DNA of 64,000 bases from Camelus ferus (lineage: Eukaryota), in NCBI RefSeq assembly GCF_009834535.1, contig NC_045696.1:13270001-13334000 (forward strand). Direction: 5' to 3'. The first letter of the stretch is position 1. The number at the start of each line of letters is the position of its first letter. A program made the translations under genes and the position numbers. Positions 1 through 12,165 of this stretch are shown piece after piece. The notes beneath the pieces were generated by a model. It ran no database searches. It worked only from the letters and a program-made list of their open reading frames with translations, and was not told where the DNA came from.

Positions 1-811
1 TTCTATCACCAACCTTCTTTAAACTCCCTTGAAATAGAGGACATGCCCCAGCCTTTGAGGTCAAGCACTTTGTCAGACTTGCTCCAGAGAAATCATCACC
101 TATTTTCATTCTTTTGGGGACCTTCTAGTATTCTCTGAACTTAAATCTTACTTGTGCTTTACTCTGAGGCCAGAGGGTTGCCTTCAGTTTGCTTTGGATC
201 AGAAAAAGCTTTAAAACAGGAACCTCACAGCATGATGCAGGCCATGGACTGTGGCCAGAAATTGTCAATGTTCTTGGGAAAGACACTGAAGTCAAGAAAA
301 AACCAGGGGTTTACCTCTTTCTTTAGTCTAAGCATGTTACTTAAATGTTAAGAAAGCAAATCATTGAAAATCTTAGTACTTCCTCTTGCCTCCGCATGAC
401 TACAGGCTTTGGATATACTGATAAATCCAATTATGAGTTGATTTAGCCAACAGCATACTTTCCTAAATTATGAAAAGCAGAAAACCAGCTTTTAAATTGA
501 GAGAGGACAAACTTCTAGTCTTGAAATGGCCACAAATAGAGAGACACAGGATGAATAAAAAGTTACTTCTGAATCAAGATCAAGCTTTGTTTAGATACAC
601 TAAAAGAAATCAGGGGTGATCTATGGAAATTGTTAAGAAATTTTAGTTTCTGCTGAAGAACAGTCAAGTGTGACACTTGACAGAAATCCTGTCCTGTAAT
701 TAGAAACTATTTACAAATACAACTTTTTAAGGATTAAGTATGAGGTGGTAGGGCAGTGAAGAGGATCTAAAATCTACTACTGCTTGTTTCAGTCCAAATT
801 TTAAATGTAGA

Positions 812-1095
812 GGGCACATAGGACCCAGCCCTGTCCATCAGAGAGCCCAAGACCCAGCCAGGCACACCAAAACAATGAACAAACGGCAATAAACACATAC
901 CTATCAATAATTACTTTAAATGTAAATGGACTAAATACTCCAATCAAAAGACATAGAGTGGCTGAACAAATACAAAAATGAGATCCATGTACATGCTACC
1001 TAAAAGAGACTTACTTCAAATTTAAAGACACACAATTATATCTCAACAAAACTGGAAGGAAAGAAGACATATCTTATGGAAAAACAAAAGGAAAA
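812..1095 (+). mobile_element. Compact, internally deleted L1 (ORF2 N-terminus fused to an L1 3' terminus) with candidate TSD
   Basis: 883-1032 translates to a decayed L1 ORF2 endonuclease start (..AINTYLSIITLNVNGLNTPIKRHRVAE..ETYFKFKDT, one stop). It is followed directly by CAATTATATCTCAACAAAACTGGAA and an A-rich tail. AAATGTAGA flanks it at 803-811 and 1096-1104. Confidence 0.75.
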
Positions 1096-1204
1096 AAATG
1101 TAGATGGAGCAAATTATGTATCTATATAATCCCAAACTAAAGAACTAAATACACTAATTTCTTAATTCGTAGGTATATGGAGACTTCTTGCTATAAATTT
1201 CAGG

Positions 1205-1311
1205 TAGGGTCAGTCTCAGTGTGCTCAGGATCATCTGGCTTTTAAAAGAGAAAGTCTCATGTCCAAGGGACACCTTCAGTTTTAAGCAAACCAGGACAGC
1301 TGGTCACCCTA
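1205..1311. mobile_element. Short hAT DNA-transposon relic, MER81-like
   Basis: About 110 bp with TAGGGT.. and ..GGTCACCCTA terminal inverted-repeat remnants; internal GCAAACCAGGACAGCTGG resembles the MER81 consensus as remembered. Confidence 0.6.
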
Positions 1312-1901
1312 ATTACAGGACAATTTCAATATCAAAATTTTTCCCTTGTAAGTAGCCTCAGGGTCTCAGTCAAGGCATACTCATTTTCTTTTTTTTTTTT
1401 TGAACATTGCAAAATGTCCTTCATTTACATAAGTCAACTGAGAAAGTTCTTTCTGAGTCATGTGTTTCAGTATATTTGATTTTTCAAAGTTTTAACAGGG
1501 TAATATGACAATTGAAAATTGTATATATTTAAGGTGTACAACTTAATAATTTGATAGACATATTTATAAGGTGTCCTAGTTTCTGAATCAATAAAATTTT
1601 GTCTCCACAAATACAGCTGCAACACTGTGCACTTGACAGATTCATAACATCATAGTGTTAGAGACCTCAAGGATGGTCAAACTTCTAAAATTTGTGGAGA
1701 AATCAAATGTATGTAAATCAAATTCAATTTGAGATGGTCTAAGAATACTTTCTGTTCCAAGAATCCTATGGTAAACCTCTCACTGTTCTTGCATTTGGTT
1801 TTGAAAAAACTGTCAACTTGGTCTTGTTTAACCTGTCTACATTGGAGTGCATAATTTAGAATAAAATCTACATGATTGAAATCAGTCTTTCTCTTCCTAC
1901 C

Positions 1902-2272
1902 TGTGGCAGTTGTGACTGGTGTCCCACCCAATCCCCCTGGTGCCTTGCTACAGGGAATGCTGTTTGCCCTGGGTCTATAGGAACCTACTAGCTTGGAAAT
2001 GGGTGGGTATGTCCCAAACTCATAGGAAAGTGGTGACCTATTGCCAATGAATGAGTAATAATGGCTTGTGTTAGACTCCAAGGGGGCTCATGCATGCTGG
2101 GTGAAGTCTGTTCCAAAAGCCCCCTGGTGGGATAAGGCTGAAGCTAGATTCCTCCTAGTTTTTTTCTCTGTCCTACCCACCTTCCCTTACTCCTTTACTT
2201 GTGTCTCCTGAGTACACGCTCTCAATACAAGAATTCCCTTCTTGCGCTGTGCTTCCAGGGGACCCGAACTTT
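1902..2272 (+). mobile_element. ERVL-type solo LTR relic (LTR16/LTR33-like)
   Basis: Starts TGTGGCAG. The 3' portion CTCCTGAGTACACGCTCTCAATACAAG...TGCTTCCAGGGGACCCGAACT resembles LTR16/33 ends. Confidence 0.55.
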
Positions 2273-4349
2273 ACTGTAACATAAATCTATCCATAATTTA
2301 CTAAACTTTTATTTAAAACTGGAGAGTTTGCTACTAGTTAGTTGATCATTCATATTAATAGTGATGATATCTTCAAGATAACATGAAAAATTTCCATTAG
2401 GTCATAAAGGGTTAGGAAGATGGGAATTAGCATATTGACTGCCTGTTAGTTTATATCATCTCCTTTAATCATGACCAAGACCCTGCAAGGCAGCCATTTC
2501 TATCTCCTTTGTTATCCATAGGAAATCGAGTCTCAGCAAGGTCAAGAGAGAATCATTGGTTAATGGGGAATCCAAGTTTAATTTAGGTTGTCTCATTTTA
2601 AAGACCGTTCTTATTTGTTTTTGTTTTTCTACTCTTCTTTCTTTACTTCTCCCTCTTTTTATCTTCAATTGTTCAATTTATAATGTCACTCTAAAACTGA
2701 TTAAAATATATTTATTTCACTAATATCTTGTAATCTCATCAATAGTCAAAGTAAAATTTATTGAACTTGAGTATTTCATAAGCTGTGATTAATTTAAAAA
2801 TTCATCTCTGAAATAATAAAAATAGAACAAATAAAAAGCATTTGCATAATTTAGTTGATAAGTTTGACCCTATGTAATCATCAATATATTATGCACAAAA
2901 ATCTGAAATGTTAATTCTATCAAGCTAAACATATGTGGAATAACTGCCTAATGCTCAGGTAACATTCCACAGGGACAGTTTCATTTATTGTCTTTATTTT
3001 CAAAATGTTTTGTTGGCAAATCTTGTCGATAAACTGAGAGCTGCGAGGGTAATTGCAATTCTTGGCTAGGTGTGTTGCTTTGTGTAAAGATGTTCTATTT
3101 CCATTTGTAATAATAGCAAGATGAAAAGAAAATGTGTAATTTGTTGAATGGGGCAAACTTAGTCAAGGATCAAGATCAGGTCAACAATTTGTCACATTTA
3201 CTAATCTTCATTATTTCTTTAAAAATAAATCCCTTGCAATTATTCAAATTGCCTCAAAATATTTGACAGTGACCACACTCATCACCTATATTGATTCCAA
3301 AAAAATATTTATTTTTCAGTTCCTTGCCTCAGAGGAATTTTAATCACAAATCACAAATACTGTCACTCCCTGATTAGATTCTATTATTTTTGGTCATAAA
3401 TCATGACTGGATTATATGAGTAAGTCTAGATTATTTGGTATTCAGGTGAGGTTGTTATCAACCTGTCTGACTTTGGTTCAGAATATTTACTTTAAATACG
3501 TGTAGGATATTTAGAATGGATTGAAAAAAAGAGTTTCCCTTAAAAGGCATTGCCTTTCTTATTTATCATGTCACATAAACTTTAAAGCTGTATTTACCAC
3601 AGAATCAATGAAAGGAAGGGATGAGTAAAAAGGCCTCTAACATTTATACCAAAAAGGTCAGCTTCACTTATGAGTGTCAAAACCTGGCTTTCCCAGCAAA
3701 TCTTAGGATCATCCATTTACATAAAAGCCAACAATGAACATTTTCACCCTTTTTTCTTGAATGTTCCTTCATAGGCTGCACACAAAGGGAGTCAGTGTTC
3801 ACATATTATTGTCCAGTGATAATTAGCTTGACATTGAAATCACTGGCTTGTTATTTCAATAACATCTACAGCTAAAGCCCTGGTCATGGGCTGGACTTGC
3901 TGCTTGGCCAGGATGGGACTGGGAGGGAACGGTGGAAGGATGTTGAGCAGGGCCTGCCTTCCTCCCCTGCAGCACCCACTCCTTCCCTCATGTCCCCAAC
4001 TCTCCTGCTATTCTGAAAATTAGGGGAAAAGAAAGGCTGGATCCAGGCCTTTCTTCTTTCCTTCCTGCTACTTCCTCTTCCTCAGCATGAGTCCACGGTG
4101 GCTCCACAGTGCTCTGTTCAATCTTCACTGAGAGCTGACATCTGGAGGGCAAGACGCTGATGTTGGCTTTGTCCACTCATATCTTGCTTAGTCTCTTCCC
4201 TATTGTGAACATCGATGAAAGTTTGCTTCTGAATAATGGTGTGATGTAAAAAGCCTAAACATATCCCAGCGTCATTGGTTAATGATGAATTATATGAAAC
4301 ACAGGGAATAGAGGATGGGGAACATAATACAACTTCATCTTGATATCTC

Positions 4350-4428
4350 TTATTATTATTGTTATTATTTCTTACATTCCTCATATAAATGATGTCATAT
4401 GGCATTTTTCTTTCTCTTTGTGGCTCAC
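4350..4428 (-). mobile_element. 79-bp L1 fragment with a perfect 15-bp TSD
   Basis: The minus strand reads GTGAGCCACAAAGAGAAAGAAAAATGCCATATGACATCATTTATATGAGGAAT plus an (AAT)-rich tail, homologous to about 6918-6971 in this window. TCATCTTGATATCTC occurs at 4335-4349 and 4429-4443. Confidence 0.85.
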
Positions 4429-6324
4429 TCATCTTGATATCTCAAATGCAATCTTTCTCAAGTTGGCATCAGAATTCTCAAAGTCTCTGGAGGTTGAATG
4501 TGGGAAGTAATTGTGGGTTTTTTTGGTAATTTCCTCGGGTGATTTTTGGTGTACATTACATTCTGAGGATCTCTAGCCTACAGAATTGCCTAGAATCATG
4601 GGCACGCATAGAAGGCCCTTCGTGACCTGGCCTCTGCTCCTCACCTACTATTGACCTCCTACTTTGATTCATTCACAGCCACCAACCAGCCTCCAAGTAT
4701 GGAATGCCCTTCCCCACCAGGCTGCCAGCCACACCGCAGTCCAACTCATTCTCTAAAGCTGATACCAGCCCTCATTTCCTCTGAGAAGGCTTTTAAAGCA
4801 ACTCAGACAAAAGAACACTCGCCCTGTGACCTGCCTTCTGTGTCTTAAAGATGCCTCTAGCCTATAACTCAGTCCAGAGTAAGGCATATATTTGCTTTCA
4901 TGTCCATCTTTATATTAAAATCTGCTTTCCTTGAAGTCAGGGACCATGTCTCATTTGTCTTATGGGTCCAGCTCTTGCCACAGTTCCCAGGCCTTTGTAC
5001 GCCTTTCTCAGATCTTGGTATATCTGATTGTAGAATAAATGTTTCAGAGCAATCTTGATAAATGGTATGTGTTAGTATTTTTTCTTTTATTAAATGGTTC
5101 TACTCTGGAAAGATTTTCAAATATAGGTAATGTGGCTGGCATCCACTTTTTTTCACTGCTGTAAGGAATCCTAAATGTTCACCCTAGTGCTCAGCTAATG
5201 ATCTTGCTTTTCATCTTGCTGAGAGAGTAGAAGCAATGCATTTTCACCACCATGTCCACTGACCTAGCTTCCAGCATCTGTGCTCTGTTCTCTGCTTTCC
5301 CTCCTATTACTGGAAATGAACTGTCCACGTTCGCATGGATGTGTGCACCAGACTCTCTCACCTACACGACAGCATTGCTCTGGCAGTTTCTCTCTCTTTC
5401 ATTATCAGCTTGTCCCTCTCTGATCGTGTCATTCCCATCAGCATACAGACATCGCTACAAAATATCTCATCTTTGGAAAACACTCTCTCCATCTCACATC
5501 AAGTATACCAGACATTTTCACAAATGCTATTTCCTTTCATTCCCTCAACTGTGTGAAGTAAGAGTCAATCATTAGCCTTGTCTTATGAGATAAGGGTGTG
5601 AGAGTCACAGTGCTAATAAGGAACAAAGCATGGATTCAGACCCATTTTTTTCTGACTCCAGAGACAGCACTTGGCTGAGAAGATGACCAAGTATATTAAA
5701 CTGTATCCAATGGAGAACATACACCCAGTGCACGAGCATCCAAAAGGTTCTCTCTGATCCATTCTGATGCTCAGAGACTGTTGTACCTACTCCTTTACCT
5801 CAGTTTCTCCAACTGTAATAGGAGAGAATTTAGGAATTTAACATAGTCCCATTAAACTTTAACATCCTACCATTCTATGGTGCCATTTAGGGAGTATAAA
5901 GTAATTCTCCCAGAGAGGTGAAGTTGCTGAATAGCTGAACTTCAGAACGCAGCTCTGGGTTACCATATTTTCAGTCTAAGGATTTCCAATTCTTTCAGTA
6001 TTCTGTAAGCGCAAATGAGAGGAATAGGTCGTGTTTTGCATCAAAGGAGTCTTAATCCTCACTGGCCAAAGAAAGCCAGATGCAGTAAAACCTCTGATAG
6101 TTTCATTCTTCAGTGCAGAGCACAGCTCTGCCACAGAGAATTCCTAGGAACTTTGCTGAATGCTTTGAATTCCACAAGATTATTAGAAATACTTTAAAAA
6201 TAAGTAAAAGCACATATGTGAATAAAGTACAGTCAAGTATTTGGGGGCATGCTAATTGGATACCACTGGGTATAGATTAAGGCTCTATCTAGCCATCTTA
6301 AAACTCTGGAATCTTAGATTAGAG

Positions 6325-6525
6325 AGGCAGTGCAGTACAGAGATTGAGACCATTGGCTTTGTGTTATAAGAACTGTGGCTGGATCATGTTCTGGCTTGTA
6401 ACCTTGGGCCAGTTATCCAACCTTGCTAAGCCTCAGTTTTCTCATGTAAAAGGGAGATAACATTAATAGGGCTGTTATGAAGATCAAGTGAGCAAATCAA
6501 TGTAAAGCATTTAAAACATTGTGTG
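6325..6525 (+). mobile_element. MIR SINE
   Basis: GAGAGGCAGTGCAGTACAG...GTAACCTTGGGCCAGTTATCCAACCTTGCTAAGCCTCAGTTTTCTCATGTAAAAGGGAGATAA is a MIR core. Confidence 0.75.
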
Positions 6526-6694
6526 TTCCTAATTATTCTCATCCAATAATTATGATTTCCCTGGTAAGCCTCTGAATGCTCTAACACTTGTCTTCAGAGT
6601 AACTGAAAGAGATATGCACCTTAACATAGCACTAATCTTTGGCATTCGTTCCTTTTTCTGATTAATGCATGAGTTCTCTTGGAAAATCAGCCTT

Positions 6695-7317
6695 TGCCAG
6701 AGGGATCTTTAATTCAGAAGACACATGCACCTCAATATTCACAGCAGCACTATTTACAAAAGCCAAGATATGGAAATAACCTAAATATCCATTGACAGAT
6801 GACTGGATAAAGAAGGTGTAGTATATTTATACAATGGAATACTACTCAGCCATAAAAAATAAAATAATGCCATTTGCAGCAACATGGATGGACTTGAAGA
6901 TTGTCATTCAAAGGGAAGTAAGCCAAAAAGAGAAAGAAAAATACCATATGATATCACTTATATGTGGAATCAAACAAAAAGACAAATGAACTTATTTACA
7001 AAACAGAAACAGACTCATAGGCATAGAAAATAAACTTATGGTTACCGGGGGGGAGGGAGTAGAAAGGGATAAATCAGGAGTTTGAGATTTGCAGATACTA
7101 ACTACTGTATATAAAATAGATAAACAATAAGGACCTACAGTATACCATGGGGAACTCTATTCAATATCTTGTGGTAACCTATAGTGAAAAAGAATATGAA
7201 AATGAGTATATGTATGTATATGTATGCCTGAACTATTATGCTGTACACCAGAAATAGACACAACATTGTAAACTGACTATACTTCAATAAAAAAATTATA
7301 AAAATTTAAAAAAGAAA
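6695..7317 (+). mobile_element. 5'-truncated lineage-specific L1 (ORF2 C-terminus, 3'UTR and poly-A) with 13-bp TSD
   Basis: Typical ORF2 end (ACACATGCACC..GCAGCACTATTTAC..GGAATACTACTCAGCCAT..TTTGCAGCAACATGGATGGAC), AATAAA and an A-tail. GAAAATCAGCCTT occurs at 6682-6694 and 7318-7330. Confidence 0.95.
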
Positions 7318-10300
7318 GAAAATCAGCCTTAGGCACCTTGAAGGATTAACCCTATATCCGACCTGCCCTTTAAGTGGGCAGTTAAGGAAGGATTCTTCAC
7401 CTGATTCTTATCAGGATCCATCTACCAGTCACCATTGATGCAAGACCGCTTCTTCCTTCTTCATATTTTCTTCCTATTGTATTTCTGTGACTTCTTTTTT
7501 TTTTTTTTTTTTTGCTGCTGGTAATTTCAATTTAACCCAGTTTGGGTGAACAAAGAGCTCTCAATGTGATTGGCTTTCAGTTTCAAAGTTGCTCTCACCT
7601 TTCCTCTGTCCTAAGCCTTAGTGAAGTGTTCAAGGCTGTCGTAGCTATACATACCTCATGGACAGGGACCACAGTGATCTCTGCATTCCCCACAAGACAA
7701 GCACATGGAACCACTCAGTTAACAGAGGAGAGAAACTTTGTATTCTAGTACCCCAAACTGATCTGAGCTGACAGAGCAATTCTTATAATTGTATGGGTAA
7801 ATACCCCCGGGCAAATCTGACCACCAAGCTTATGTCGACTTTATTCTAGTAGGCTGTCCACAGGGAGTGAGCTTCTCTCACCATGTAGTGTTCCTACGTT
7901 GTCTGACATGAGGCACGGAGGAAGGTAAGGGAGTTGGTGGGACTGTTAGGGTGGAAAAGTGGTTGATCAGCCTCCTTTCCACTCTTTAGGCCTTTTCCTA
8001 TAAGGACACAGGCTCAGAATTATGACCTGGCTGAGACAAGGTGTTGATGTGACTCGCCCAAAGTCACATAGCTCTTCAAGGATAGGACCAAGGTAAGACT
8101 GGACTTTTTTTGAATTCCAAGACTCTAGAGAAGTGTTGTGTATTTGTGTGTGTGGTTTTGTGTACATGTATATGTATTAGAAGCACAGTACCTTAACACA
8201 TTATGAGAAATAGTTAATGGAGAGTGGTTATACATACATATACATATATAAAACAATGCACATTATTAATCCTTTCTTTGAATGAATTGGTCAGCTCCCA
8301 ATGCATGGAAAGCAACTGACTTGCTAAACCAAACACACAGATCTAACACAGGAAAATAGTGCTCCTGACTTCTGCTTATCTATGTTAAAAAAAAATCTAA
8401 ATTTAAATTTTATTGTCAGAACCATCTAGCTTTAAACCACGACTGCTTTATCTTTAAACCATAGACTGACTGCTGGGTTATACATGTCAACACTGAACAC
8501 AACAGGAAAGCCTCCACTCTCCTTTTATTTGTATGTTCTATTGTTTAGCAATTCTCTCTCTAGTTTTTGTTAATTGATGCACATACTCTATTCATAATTT
8601 TATTGATCGATGTTTAGCACCATCAATTTTTTATGCGTTGGTGAGCACCCTATGTCTAGTCTGGGAATTCTGAAGAGCAGTCAATCAATTACAGTAAATG
8701 AATCACCCAGCTTATTTTCAATATTAACCTTTGGCAAGGAGTCTTCATTTTTGCCATGAGTGCCTGAAGGATGGGTTCTATTAGCAATGCAGTATTTAAA
8801 AACAAATGCTGAATATTGAAATGGTTACCTAGTCACATTTCAAAAGTTTTGCAGACATTAAGGGGACTATGCCAAAACCTGCTACTCAAATTAAGGGTGA
8901 AAAATTGGACCCCTGGGATATAAATCTTTTAAGAGGGGAAAAATATGGTTATAGTCTCTGTGCTCTTGTAGAGGGCTATTTCTCTGGCACACTTTATTAG
9001 GTCCTGTATTATGTTAACTGTTACCTTAACACTTTACATCTTGTCAACTATGAATTTATTAAGTATGTGTATATAGTAACTGTATATTAGGTTAACTATT
9101 TGTGTTAGCCATCTCTTCTCCAATTGACTGTCAATTCCTTGATGGCAGGAAATATTTTACTTGTCTTTGATTCCTATTCAATTTGCATTTTATAGACCTC
9201 CAAAATATTTGTAGAAGATATGGTTGAATAAAGTAGCACTTCCAAATTCACACACTTTTATGTAGGAGGAGAAAGGCAGAGGGAAGTTAGCAAGACCTGG
9301 GAACTGGGATCTCCTTCTTACTGGGGGTGCAATGGACCACAGTGAGGATAAACATAGTTCAGTTTGCTACCATATTCTCCTGTCCCCTTTCTTTTCCACC
9401 TAGGAAGATCTGGACAAGCAGACTGTGTAGCCTGCAGGTCAAAGAGGTGAAATCATGTGACCTCTTCAAGGCCATTGTGCCTATGCTGATGGGATTGGAG
9501 GGGCGGTCAGATGTGGTTTTCTTGCACCTCCCAAAATCAGCTCTTACATCTCAATCCAACTCTGAGGAGATTTTTCTTTGAATTTTGAAGACTTTCCAAG
9601 TTTAGGAATTTCCTATTGGCCTATGAATGTGCATGAAAGAAACAACCCTTTAAGCATTTATTGACTCCTTATTTAGTACAGTCATTCCTTCATTTAGCAA
9701 ACCTTCATTTCGCTAACACTTTATCGTAAAATTCCTAAGAGTAAGATCAAGAGGCGAAGGTACTTTGGGGGAGATGGTGCAGAGAAAAGAGAGCAGAGAA
9801 ATGATTTTATGATTTCAAAAATTTGTCTGCACTTAGCTCTGTCTCCTGAATAGAAGAGCTAACAAGTACAATTTATTGTGGTCTTATTTTATTTGTTTTT
9901 AATTAAAGGAGGCCCATTCTATATCCATTGTACAAACACAGCCCTGATGGACTAACCGTACAATTACAGTCTTACTTGGGTCCCTGGAGTATGATACAAT
10001 GGCAGATACCTGAAATTCACCCTCTATCTAAGCAATGTGATCTCTGTCCAGTCACCCACAATATTAAGCCAGTTCTCAGAAAAGCTATTTAAACACAAAT
10101 CTGAAGTATACATAATAATGGTGATGAAAATAAATATTAAGCAAAGGAAGAACCGATAAACATAACCTTTAGACCACATAGCTTCTTTGGATGTCAGCTA
10201 TTTCAGGAACCAAAATGATGCATTTATCATAGTCTCATCTGTTCAATATATAATTATTTTAACTATTATGTGTGTTGTTTATAACCCAATATCTTGCAAT

Positions 10301-10858
10301 AACAGCTTGCATGGATCACTGCATAATTTAAAAATATAATGGCTTTTCTTGCCAATATTTGATTTCCAACTTTAAATCTGCTGACTTTAACTGTATCTTT
10401 GCCGTGAACTCTGGGTAAACTGTTTTTTATTTCCTAAGGATTTATCTTAGAATATGCATCTGGCTTTTCTTTTTTCATAAACTAGTTTCCTTTGGCACTG
10501 GTTCATGTGATAGAATGGTTTGCAAAATGGACTAAATTGGCTTCCATACTTGCAAATCAACTAAATGGTCAGGAAGAAAAATCTGAGGCCCAGTGGATGT
10601 GAAGTGGGTGGGAACAGGGTGCTTGTTTAATTATTTGGATAATGTGACCAGTTAACTATGGAAATCAAATCATTCTGCCTTGAGTTACTTAAATTATTTG
10701 GTCATATTAATCAAATATTGTCTTTGTTGGGTACGTACTTATCACTAATCAGTATGTTCTTTGTCTATGAAGACAAAAATGTGGATTCCACATGGGTTGA
10801 ATTTATGTCTGTCCTTAGTTTGCCTGATTGAGTGGGATATGGTATTAAGAAAACATTC

Positions 10859-10990
10859 CTGCTCACAGCGAAAAAAAGTGTGACAATGAATATATGTATG
10901 TTCATGTATAACTGAAAAATTGTGCTCTACACTGGAATTTGACAAAACATTGTAAAATGTCTATAACTCAATAAAAAATGTTAAAAAAAG
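10859..10990 (+). mobile_element. Short L1 3' end (camelid-like subfamily) with imperfect TSD
   Basis: GTGACAATGAATATATGTATGTTCATGTATAACTGAAAAATTGTGCTCTACACTGGAATTTGACAAAACATTGTAAAATG..CTCAATAAAAAA. Flanks are AGAAAACATTC (10848-10858) and AGAAAGCATTC (10991-11001). Confidence 0.8.
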
Positions 10991-11019
10991 AGAAAGCATT
11001 CATTTCTTCAGTCACCAAG

Positions 11020-11283
11020 TTTATTGGGCACTTGAAATGTGGCTAGTATAAACTGAGGATTGAAGTTGAAAATACGAACTGAATTGAAAAGATTTATAAT
11101 GAAAAACATAAAATAATAATTTTATATTGATTACATGTTGAAGTGGTAATATTTTGGATATATTGGATTAAACAAAATGCCTAATTAAAATTAATTGCAC
11201 TTGTTTATTTTTGGTATTTTAACGTGGCTACTAGAAAATCTATGTGGCTCACATGATATTTCTCCTGGACAGTGATGCTCTAG
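11020..11283. mobile_element. hAT-Charlie DNA-transposon relic (MER33/MER3-like)
   Basis: GCACTTGAAATGTGGCTAGT...GTGGCTACTAGAAAAT..ATGTGGCTCACAT..TGGACAGTGATGCTCTA motifs. Confidence 0.7.
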
Positions 11284-11469
11284 AACAAATCTTGCATTTG
11301 TGCATATGGGACTATTTCTCAGGTGTGCATCACAGCAGTGTTTCACTGTGCAGAAGAAATGGAGGATGCCAAAATATGTACTCATGGGGAGATGGATAAA
11401 TAGCCAGTAGTATATTTAATGCATGAGTTGTTCCTCTGCTTGGATCCTTTACTCTCTTAATATTTGTGT

Positions 11470-11800
11470 GTCCTGGTCCCTCTTTTCTTTCAGAACTGTC
11501 CTCAAGTTTCACATTATCTATGAAGTGTTTTCTAACTACCCTATGTAATACAGCAATGCTCATTTCTTTCTTCAAGGACCCCTGCACACCATACCCTCTT
11601 CTGAGCTTTGCTTTTCTGATAATCCTTGTCACTGTGTGAAATACAGTATTCCATTTTATGTATGTCTGATTCCCCCCATTAGAGTATCAGTTCCATGAGA
11701 GCAAGAGCTTTGTCTTGCCCACTATTGTTTCCTTGGTGTTTAGAATAGCAGCTGCCATGTACTAAGTATTCAGTAGATATTTTTAGAATGAATGAATAAT
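11470..11800 (+). mobile_element. L2 LINE 3' end
   Basis: CCCCCATTAGAGTATCAGTTCCATGAGAGCAAGAGCTTTGTCTTG...AGTATTCAGTAGATATTTTTAGAATGAATGAAT is a typical L2 terminus. Confidence 0.7.
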
Positions 11801-11911
11801 GGAATACTAGATTTCAATGAAAATGAATGAAATGGATAAATAATAAATACACATCAAGTTAGATATATTCCAAAACTTAAGACAGACTGGAAAAGCAAAT
11901 TGCTGAATGAA

Positions 11912-12165
11912 ATATATATGCACACAAATATATGTAGGCACACAACATATAAACACAACATATCCACACAAACACATACATACTCACATATCCCCAAATA
12001 TTTCCAAACATATACATGTACGTGTATATACATGCATATACACACATACATATAGACATATATACATACACACATGTGCATATTTATTTATAAAATGGCA
12101 TGCATTTAAGTAAATTAAACATGTGTGTTCATGTGCACATATACACATATACACACATACACAAC
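11912..12165. repeat. Degenerate (CA/TA)n low-complexity tract
   Basis: Runs such as CACACATACATATAGACATATATACATACACAC. This tract is the source of four spurious C/V/Y-rich ORFs. Confidence 0.85.

Noticed and set aside
1677..2081. 134-aa minus-strand ORF
   Set aside because: Overlaps an LTR relic, has a non-ATG start and no recognisable domain.
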